6,708 nt of DNA from Candidatus Odinarchaeota archaeon (GTDB lineage Archaea; Asgardarchaeota; Odinarchaeia; Odinarchaeales; Odinarchaeaceae), in NCBI GenBank assembly GCA_038826135.1, contig JAWBON010000063.1:1-6708 (forward strand), read 5' to 3'. Each line of letters opens with the position of its first letter. Within the stretch, counting starts at the first letter, position 1. Positions 1-5,867 of this stretch are shown one piece after another. The position numbers and the translations under genes are program-made. Under the pieces are notes generated by a model. The model saw only the letters and a program-made list of their open reading frames with translations, was not told where the DNA came from and made no database searches.

Positions 1-78
1 AACGTATGTAATCCTAACGATTTTATTTTTAAAATAGGGGTCCCATCTTAACTTGTTAAGTAAATCATTTATTCTCAT
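1..78 (-). CDS. MJ1316/DUF504 (UPF0248) RNA cyclic-phosphate end-recognition domain protein, 5' part only (runs off the left edge)
   Basis: Manual translation of the minus strand from ATG at 78 gives MRINDLLNKLRWDPYFKNKIVRITYV, open to the window edge. LNKLRWDP followed by I-x-Y resembles the N-terminus of DUF504/MJ1316 proteins as I recall them. A TATA-like TTTAAATT on the minus strand starts 44 nt upstream. Only 26 codons are visible. Confidence 0.7.
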   Translation of the reverse strand, partial: MRINDLLNKLRWDPYFKNKIVRITYV

Positions 79-79
79 C

Positions 80-108
80 TTGAAACACAACTCTGAGAGT
101 GTGTTCAA
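80..108. repeat. 29-bp imperfect inverted repeat immediately upstream of the MJ1316-like start codon
   Basis: TTGAA(A)CACA(A)CTC-TGA-GAG-TGTG-TTCAA: 12 Watson-Crick pairs with two single-A bulges, centred at 95. Confidence 0.6.
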
Positions 109-113
109 CGTAT

Positions 114-125
114 TAATTTAAATAT
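114..125. promoter_or_regulatory. Candidate archaeal TATA box readable in both directions (TAATTTAAATAT), most likely serving the minus-strand MJ1316-like gene
   Basis: TTTAAATA on + (117-124) and TTTAAATT on - (122-115). An identical 12-mer occurs at 2897-2908 upstream of the translin gene. Confidence 0.45.
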
Positions 126-214
126 GGTTTTGATAATTAGGCTTAAAAGGATAATCTAAATATTTAGCATTCTATAGATAACCATGGGAATAAGAATATT
201 TTATATTTGATAAT

Positions 215-841
215 TTGGAGTTGAATGAATTGGCGCAGGAGTTGCCTGAATGGGTTATAGGAGCCACCACGCTGGGGATGGTCTGCTCTAACGGTGTGGT
301 TTTAGCCTCTGAGAAAAAGCTTTCACTAGGCAGTCTTATAATAAGTAAAACTGTTAAAAAAGTGTTTAAGATAACTGAGAATATAGGTGCAGCTTGCGCG
401 GGTCTCTCATCCGATTTTCAAACACTTGTGAGAACTATTCAAGCTTACGCTAACCTGTATAGTTTAGAAGCAAAGAAACCGATATCGACACGTGCGGCTG
501 CGAAACTAATGTCCACTATACTATTCTCAAGAAAATGGTTGCCTCTAATAACGGAAACTATTGTAGCTGGAGTTGACAGCGCTGGCCCGCAGCTTTACAC
601 ACTTGACTTAGTCGGCTCCCTGATTGAAGATGATTTCGCAGCTGTTGGAACAGGGGCTAAAGTAGCTATAGGAGTCTTAGAATCAAAATATAAGAGGAAT
701 ATTACATTAGAGGAGGGTAAAGACCTAGCTTTACTAGCTGTGAAAACCGCTTCTGAGAGAGATATAGCTTCAGGTGAAGGTGTGGATATTTTAACGATAG
801 GGGAATCCGGATCTAGCATACTATATGTGCCTTTAAAGTAA
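215..841 (+). CDS. psmB: 20S proteasome beta subunit, probably the non-catalytic type (Thr1 replaced by Ala)
   Basis: G-ATTLG...VVLASEKK...SKTVKKVFKI...GAACAGLSSD...AAVGTG...RDIASG aligns to the archaeal beta-subunit (Ntn-hydrolase) pattern. Mature-numbering E17, K33 and the RDxxS motif are retained. The TTG start is uncertain (215, 221 or 230). Confidence 0.95.
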   Translation: MELNELAQELPEWVIGATTLGMVCSNGVVLASEKKLSLGSLIISKTVKKVFKITENIGAACAGLSSDFQTLVRTIQAYANLYSLEAKKPISTRAAAKLMSTILFSRKWLPLITETIVAGVDSAGPQLYTLDLVGSLIEDDFAAVGTGAKVAIGVLESKYKRNITLEEGKDLALLAVKTASERDIASGEGVDILTIGESGSSILYVPLK

Positions 842-1813
842 CCCCCTTCTCTTTAACTGGAGCCCGTACTCTGTTACCACACCGAGTTTTTCAACTCTAT
901 TATAGGCTGCAAGGAAGCTACTTGAACCGGCTAGACTCCGAGCTATCCTATTATTTTTGAAAACTATCTCTGTTTTAAGATAGTATGTGAAAATAGAGAA
1001 AAAAGAAAGTTCAACTCTCCTAGACCCGCCTCTTATATGTACTTCTCCTGTTTTCCCCTCAGCCGCTCGAATCGGGAGCATACTGGCCTCTGTTTTAACA
1101 TATTTCAGAGCCCCCCGCATCATTTCAAGGTCTTCAAACGTGAGCGGCTTAGCGCCTAGGAAACCTTTTTCAGAATAAATTTTAGCCAGCTTGCTGGAAA
1201 CCTCGTTTAGCTTAAGCTCCCCGTCGCAGCAAACTCCGAAGATGCCTATCATGGTTTTACAGCTGAGATTTTTAAGAGAGGCTAGCATAAGCGCGTCTGT
1301 TAACGGGCTTCTCAACCCCTCCTCATAGCCGTCAGCTATCACATCCCCGCCTACATCCACTCCGACTACTAGGTCAAAGGATGATTTACCACATAAGTCC
1401 TCAAGCCCCTCTCTTACACCTTTAACACCTTTAGTTATATCAATAATAATTGTGTTCTCACCTAGAAAACGACTCATTCCAGAGGCTTGAAACTCTAATC
1501 CGTAGGTTGTTTTAGTTTCACTGTTAGCTAACGCCACAGTGTCATTCACTTTTGCGATATTCTCCATCTCATCTAAGGATCTCGGCCCTGGTTTAGGGTC
1601 GAACTGGCTTCTCTCATATGCGACAGACCCCATCCTGCACTGTATCCCCATAGATGTTAGCAGATTTCTAGTCGGGAGAGCGCCTAGGATATCCCCTCCG
1701 CCTCCTATGCCGAGAACCAACGCTTTTTTTACACCTGTAATATTTCTCTTAAAATCTTCACCGATCATTTTAAACGCCTCAATAACATGTTTAAACCAGC
1801 TGTCAGCCTTCAT
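833..1813 (-). CDS. DUF1152-family conserved protein of unknown function
   Basis: Long ORF with ALVLGIGGGGD near the N-terminus, plus VGVDVGGD, SPLTDALML, DGEL and EAS motifs that I recognise as typical of DUF1152. The start is uncertain: ATG 1813 is preferred (GGTGGAG upstream and TTTAAAAA about 28 nt upstream), with TTG 1831 or ATG 1768 as alternatives. It overlaps the psmB 3' end by 9 bp. Confidence 0.8.
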   Translation of the reverse strand: MKADSWFKHVIEAFKMIGEDFKRNITGVKKALVLGIGGGGDILGALPTRNLLTSMGIQCRMGSVAYERSQFDPKPGPRSLDEMENIAKVNDTVALANSETKTTYGLEFQASGMSRFLGENTIIIDITKGVKGVREGLEDLCGKSSFDLVVGVDVGGDVIADGYEEGLRSPLTDALMLASLKNLSCKTMIGIFGVCCDGELKLNEVSSKLAKIYSEKGFLGAKPLTFEDLEMMRGALKYVKTEASMLPIRAAEGKTGEVHIRGGSRRVELSFFSIFTYYLKTEIVFKNNRIARSLAGSSSFLAAYNRVEKLGVVTEYGLQLKRRGLL

Positions 1814-1832
1814 TAATATAGGCTCCACCAAC

Positions 1833-1843
1833 TTTTTTAAATA
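1833..1843. promoter_or_regulatory. Candidate shared TATA element between the divergent DUF1152 and taw1 genes
   Basis: TTTTTTAAATA reads TTTAAATA on + (1836-1843, 50 nt before TTG 1886) and TTTAAAAA on - (from 1841, 28 nt before ATG 1813). Confidence 0.45.
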
Positions 1844-1885
1844 CTATAATGTTATCTTAAAATAGTTTTCTTAAAGGTGTGTTGT

Positions 1886-2848
1886 TTGCCAATTATCCCT
1901 GAAACTGTTAGAAAAACACTTGTAAAGCAGAAATACCATATTGTAGGAGCTCACTCGGCTGTTAAGAAATGCAGATGGCTTCATAAAAGCCTCGTCGAAG
2001 GCAAGGCATGCTATAAGGAGAAGTTTTACGGTATTAGAAGCCATAGATGTGTTCAATGCACGCCATCGGTTATATGGTGCCCTAACTACTGTATTTACTG
2101 TTGGAGGGTTATGCCTAAAGATGTTGGAGTTGAATGGGATCCCCTCGGTATTCGTTTAATTAAAGAGGATGAGCCGGAAGTAATATTTGAAGGGGTTATA
2201 CGCGAGCAGAAAAGGATTCTCTCAGGTTATAATCCTGAAGGTAATCCGAAGGTTGACAGGGTAAAATGGATTGAAGCTCAGAATCCTAAACACTTCGCTA
2301 TAAGCCTATCAGGCGAACCCTTACTATACAGTAAGATAAACGCTTTAATAGATTATATTAAAGAAAGAGGGGGCACTGTTTTCCTAGTCTCTAACGGGCA
2401 GGAGACTGATAGACTAGTACACTTAACCGAGCCAACGCAACTGTATATATCTTTAAGCGCTCCTAACGAAGAAGTGTTTAAACGCACATGTAGACCAGTC
2501 TACTCGGATGCTTGGAGGCGTCTTCAAAAAAGCTTAGAGCTTTTACAATCTTTTAAATGCCCTACAGCCTTACGGCTTACTTTAATCAGAGATGTGAATA
2601 TGTCAGACCCTCAGGGTTACGCCGAATCTATATTGAAATCTAACTGTAACTATGTTGAGGTTAAAGCTGCGATGTTTGTAGGAGGCTCTCTTTTCAGAAT
2701 GCGGTTTGAAAACATGCCACGCCACTCAGAGGTTAAAGAATTCGCCGAGCAGATAGCTGGTTTAACAGGCTATTACATAATGGATGAGGTTCTTAACAGC
2801 CGGGTGGTTCTCTTAAGTAAAACTAAAAAAATCATCAGATTAAGCTAA
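1886..2848 (+). CDS. taw1: S-adenosyl-L-methionine-dependent tRNA 4-demethylwyosine (imG-14) synthase, radical SAM (Taw1/TYW1)
   Basis: Auxiliary-cluster C-x12-C-x12-C (C32/C45/C58 in track numbering), Schiff-base Lys in CYK, radical-SAM CxxxCxxC (CPNYCIYC), SLSGEP, PTQLYISL and SRVVLL. The start is more likely TTG 1886 (AGGTG Shine-Dalgarno at 1875-1879, giving MPIIPE...) than GTG 1877. Confidence 0.96.
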   Translation: MPIIPETVRKTLVKQKYHIVGAHSAVKKCRWLHKSLVEGKACYKEKFYGIRSHRCVQCTPSVIWCPNYCIYCWRVMPKDVGVEWDPLGIRLIKEDEPEVIFEGVIREQKRILSGYNPEGNPKVDRVKWIEAQNPKHFAISLSGEPLLYSKINALIDYIKERGGTVFLVSNGQETDRLVHLTEPTQLYISLSAPNEEVFKRTCRPVYSDAWRRLQKSLELLQSFKCPTALRLTLIRDVNMSDPQGYAESILKSNCNYVEVKAAMFVGGSLFRMRFENMPRHSEVKEFAEQIAGLTGYYIMDEVLNSRVVLLSKTKKIIRLS

Positions 2849-2851
2849 ATC

Positions 2852-2858
2852 TTTTTTT
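2852..2858 (+). terminator. Oligo-T (T7) archaeal terminator candidate after taw1
   Basis: Seven consecutive T residues begin 4 nt after the taw1 stop codon. Confidence 0.55.
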
Positions 2859-2896
2859 ATTAAGAATGTAAAACCGCATCCTCTAGTAGACTAGTA

Positions 2897-2908
2897 TAAT
2901 TTAAATAT
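2897..2908 (+). promoter_or_regulatory. Candidate TATA box for the translin-sepS-zpr1 unit
   Basis: TTTAAATA at 2900-2907, 65 nt upstream of TTG 2965. A Shine-Dalgarno-like AAGGTAGG lies at 2951-2958. Confidence 0.5.
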
Positions 2909-2964
2909 TTCACAGTGTAACTTAACACAGTTTTTCAATGATTTAATTTGAAGGTAGGATCAAA

Positions 2965-3627
2965 TTGGAATTAGAAAAAATTATTGAACTAATACGCTCT
3001 ACTCTTGAAGGCGAAGAGCAGGCGAAGGAGCAGCTTGTTGATAAAGCAAGGCTGGGTATAAAAGCATGCGGGGAAGCTATTGTTCACGCGCATAGAAATA
3101 ATTTAGTTAAATCACGATCTAAACTGGATGAAGCGTTCATGCTGCTTAAGGAAATAAACAGTGTTGTTGAAAAAAACCCGGTGGTTGCTAATATGTCGAT
3201 AATCAGCGACCTGTACCAGGAGTATGTTGAAGCTAAACTATTACTAGATTTTATTGAACGCCGTCTTTACCCTCACTATGAATCTCTTCAGGTACCTGGA
3301 AAATATTACGCTCTAGGCTTGGCGGATTTAATAGGGGAGCTGCGCAGATATGTTTTAAATTCTATTAGAAAGGATAAGCTTGAAGAAGCCGAGTATGCTT
3401 TAGAAGTGATGGAGGAGATATTTGATAACATCTACTCTTTAGAATCCCCTAAATCTCTTCTAAACGGTCTGCGGCGTAAATGCGATATCGCCAGATCAGT
3501 TATAGAGAAAACTAGGGGTGATGTCACATCCGCTGCAAGTAACAGTCGCCTAGTGAAACATGTTAAATCACTGCTTGAAAAAATATCTTCGACAAAACAT
3601 GAACTGGAAGATTCTGGAGGGGCTTGA
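2965..3627 (+). CDS. Translin/TRAX family (archaeal C3PO-like) endoribonuclease
   Basis: All-helical protein with QEYVEA, YALGLADLIGELRR and LRRKCD motifs. The four acidic metal-binding residues of TRAX-type active subunits are present (E86, E89, D121, E125). Confidence 0.9.
   Translation: MELEKIIELIRSTLEGEEQAKEQLVDKARLGIKACGEAIVHAHRNNLVKSRSKLDEAFMLLKEINSVVEKNPVVANMSIISDLYQEYVEAKLLLDFIERRLYPHYESLQVPGKYYALGLADLIGELRRYVLNSIRKDKLEEAEYALEVMEEIFDNIYSLESPKSLLNGLRRKCDIARSVIEKTRGDVTSAASNSRLVKHVKSLLEKISSTKHELEDSGGA
3616..3622 (+). promoter_or_regulatory. Shine-Dalgarno site for sepS, embedded in the translin 3' end
   Basis: GGAGG at 3616-3620 (within GGAGGGG) lies 7 nt upstream of ATG 3628. Confidence 0.65.
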
Positions 3628-5190
3628 ATGGTGAAATTTGATATTGAAAAAATACTTAGAGACGCTGAAGAGGACTATGAGAAAGCATGGGTTCAGACAG
3701 CTGATTTAATACCGAAGAAAAGTAAAGGCTTCCGGCTTGAAAAAAACGGTGTAAGCCATCCGGTGATGGATTTCATACAAAATTTTAGAAACGTTTTTCT
3801 AGAATTAGGGTTTGAAGAAGTGATACTGCCTACAATACTTCCGGAAGAGGAAGTCTATAAAGAGTACGGTCCGGAGGCTCCGATAATACTTGACCGGGTT
3901 TTTTACCTAGCCGGTTTACCTAGAGCTGACATAGGGTTAAGTGAAAGGAAAAAAAATGAGATTCTTAAAATATACCCCGACTTCTCAAAATTCAACGAGT
4001 TGCAGGAGATACTGAGAAAATATAAAAAATCTGAGATAGAGGCTGATAATCTCCTTGATACAATGGTTAAGGAGTTAAATCTTCCGGAAGAGGTTGCGAG
4101 TAAAATTATAGATAAAGTTTTTTACGAGTTTAAAGAACTTAAACCAACCCCTTCAAATCTTACACTTAGATCCCATATGACGGCTTTATGGTTCCCGGTT
4201 TTAAAAGAACTCTCAAAGAAGCGTCTACCGCCAATACAATTGTTTACAATAGGCGAGAAATATAGGAGGGAGCAGAGCCTTGACTCAACGCATCTTTACA
4301 CATCTTTCACCGCCTCCTGTGTTATATTAAACGAGAATCTTAGCTTAAATGATGGTATGAGTATCGCTAAAATGATTTTAACGCGTCTAGGTTTTAAAGA
4401 CGTGAAATTCGAGTTGAAGAAGACTACATCCAAATACTATGCGCCTAAGACAGAGTTTGAAATATTCATATATCATCCTTTCCGAAAAGACTGGGTTGAA
4501 ATAGGTGACGGTGGCTTCTACAGTCCAGTGTCCCTTGCAAAATACGGGGTCAACACTCCTGTGTTCAATATAGGATTCGGTGTTGAACGCTTCGTGATGA
4601 TTTTAAAACAGGAGGATGATATTAGAAGTCTTGTCTACCCGTATTTCTACAAGGAGACCGCTTTCACAGACCAGGATATAGCTAAAAGCATCTTTCTAAT
4701 AGAGAAGCCTAAAACAGAGCTGGGTGTTGAATTAATGAATAAAATAGTCGACGTCAGCATAGAAAACAAGGATAAGCAATCCCCTGTCACCATAACAGTT
4801 GATGAGCGGGTTATTAACGGGAAAAAGTTAAAAGTCACCGTCTGGGAGACCGACCCGGGGGTTAAACTATTAGGGCCGGCTGCGCTTAACGAAGTATTTG
4901 TTTCAGACGGTAATATCATCGGCAGTTTACCGACAGATGAGCTTTTAACCAAGGCTGTTAGAACTAACATAACCTATTTGAAAGCTACAGCAGCTTTAGC
5001 CGCGGCTGCTGTTGAAAAACTAATTGAGAAAAACAGCGGTGAAACAGTTATCAGAGTTAAAATGTCAAAGCAACCCTCAGATGTTAACATAGGAATACCT
5101 GAGAGTGTTCGCAGATTTATTACAGCTAATAGGAGAAAGATAGATATCCGGGGGCCTGTCTTCATCGGTATATCCGCGAGTTTAGAATAG
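3628..5190 (+). CDS. sepS: O-phosphoseryl-tRNA(Cys) synthetase (SepRS), divergent lineage
   Basis: 520 aa with SepRS-specific motifs KFDIEKIL, HPVMD, GFEE, GPEAxxILDRxFYLAGLPR, LTLRSHMT, YRREQ, SKYY, YSPVSLAKY, GVER, LLGPAALNEV and IDIRGPVF. Confidence 0.96.
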   Translation: MVKFDIEKILRDAEEDYEKAWVQTADLIPKKSKGFRLEKNGVSHPVMDFIQNFRNVFLELGFEEVILPTILPEEEVYKEYGPEAPIILDRVFYLAGLPRADIGLSERKKNEILKIYPDFSKFNELQEILRKYKKSEIEADNLLDTMVKELNLPEEVASKIIDKVFYEFKELKPTPSNLTLRSHMTALWFPVLKELSKKRLPPIQLFTIGEKYRREQSLDSTHLYTSFTASCVILNENLSLNDGMSIAKMILTRLGFKDVKFELKKTTSKYYAPKTEFEIFIYHPFRKDWVEIGDGGFYSPVSLAKYGVNTPVFNIGFGVERFVMILKQEDDIRSLVYPYFYKETAFTDQDIAKSIFLIEKPKTELGVELMNKIVDVSIENKDKQSPVTITVDERVINGKKLKVTVWETDPGVKLLGPAALNEVFVSDGNIIGSLPTDELLTKAVRTNITYLKATAALAAAAVEKLIEKNSGETVIRVKMSKQPSDVNIGIPESVRRFITANRRKIDIRGPVFIGISASLE

Positions 5191-5201
5191 GTGCTCTGAA
5201 T

Positions 5202-5759
5202 ATGATTTCATCTTCTAAATGCCCGGTTTGCGAAAAAGGCTTGTTTAAAATATCATCCAATGAAATAGAGATCCCCTACTACGGTCACGCCTACATTGTA
5301 ACTTTAATATGTGAGAAATGTAGTTTCCGGATAGCTGATATAATATTAAGTAAAGTTTACCCGCCGACAGCTTTCTACGCTAAGATTCGTTCAGCCGAGG
5401 ATTTAAAGATAAAAGTTGTTAAAAGCTCAACCGCCACTATAAGAATACCGGAACTGGGTGTGAAAATGGAGCCAGGCGCCTGTTCTCAAGGGTTTATAAC
5501 AAACATTGAAGGAATACTGCAGAGAATAGAGGATGTAACTCTTATGATGAAAGACTGGTTAAAAGAGAAAAAGAAAATAGAGCGCTGCACTCAACTTTTA
5601 CTAAAACTCAGTAAAGCGGCTAACGGTGAATTTGAATTCACATTTATTCTCGAAGATCCTTTCGGTAACAGTCTACTCGTCGGTGAACAAGGGCAGATTG
5701 TAAGAAAGAGGAAGCTGAGTCAAAAACAGCTTGATAAAATCATTTCAAGGCTGAAATAA
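5202..5759 (+). CDS. zpr1: ZPR1 zinc-finger family protein (single ZnF plus helical-hairpin unit, archaeal type)
   Basis: CPVC...CEKC C4 zinc finger, then KVVKSSTATIRIPELG, EPG, GFITNIEGIL and FILEDPFGNS. AGGTG Shine-Dalgarno at 5189-5193. Double stop TAATAG. Confidence 0.93.
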   Translation: MISSSKCPVCEKGLFKISSNEIEIPYYGHAYIVTLICEKCSFRIADIILSKVYPPTAFYAKIRSAEDLKIKVVKSSTATIRIPELGVKMEPGACSQGFITNIEGILQRIEDVTLMMKDWLKEKKKIERCTQLLLKLSKAANGEFEFTFILEDPFGNSLLVGEQGQIVRKRKLSQKQLDKIISRLK

Positions 5760-5765
5760 TAGCGT

Positions 5766-5793
5766 TGAAAATCAGATTTCACTTTTAACTTTT
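5766..5793 (+). terminator. Weak hairpin plus T-tracts after zpr1 (candidate terminator)
   Basis: TGAAA(5766-5770)/TTTCA(5777-5781) stem followed by TTTT at 5783-5786 and 5790-5793. Confidence 0.35.
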
Positions 5794-5867
5794 CACATCA
5801 TCTTTATAATTCCAGTGGGCTTCTAAATTAATCTATATATACTGGTGGATAAATGTATTTACTATAA

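Noticed and set aside
47-167. Short palindromes CTTAAC-TT-GTTAAG (47-60) and CTAAATATTTAG (156-167)
   Set aside because: The first lies inside the MJ1316-like coding sequence. Both are AT-rich and expected by chance.
595-819. 74-aa minus-strand ORF
   Set aside because: Antisense shadow entirely inside psmB, with no recognisable motifs.
1691-1711. LGIGGGGD resembles the FtsZ/tubulin N-terminal GxGGGG loop
   Set aside because: The GGGTG(S/T)G tubulin signature is absent, and the other motifs fit DUF1152.
987-1865. Plus-strand ORFs 987..1178 and 1539..1865
   Set aside because: Antisense shadows of the DUF1152 gene; Ser/Pro-rich with no family motifs.
1871-2056. 61-aa minus-strand ORF
   Set aside because: Antisense to the highly conserved N-terminus of taw1.
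3171-3747. In-frame A_AAA_AAC slippery heptamers at 3171-3177 (translin) and 3741-3747 (SepRS), plus an A8 run at 3949-3956
   Set aside because: They simply encode Glu-Lys-Asn or Lys-rich peptides in an AT-rich genome. I see no downstream stimulatory structure, the translin -1 frame stops within a few codons, and both ORFs are intact.
4647-5165. Minus-strand ORFs 4647..4970 and 4974..5165
   Set aside because: Antisense shadows of the SepRS anticodon-binding domain, with no independent evidence.
5703-5756. Basic RKRK tail of ZPR1 resembling a nuclear localisation signal
   Set aside because: Basic C-terminal patches are common in archaeal proteins, and nothing supports an NLS function.
5772-5802. 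Box C/D-like ATGATGT...CTGA on the minus strand
   Set aside because: Box C is mismatched, only about 19 nt separate the boxes, and there are no C'/D' boxes.
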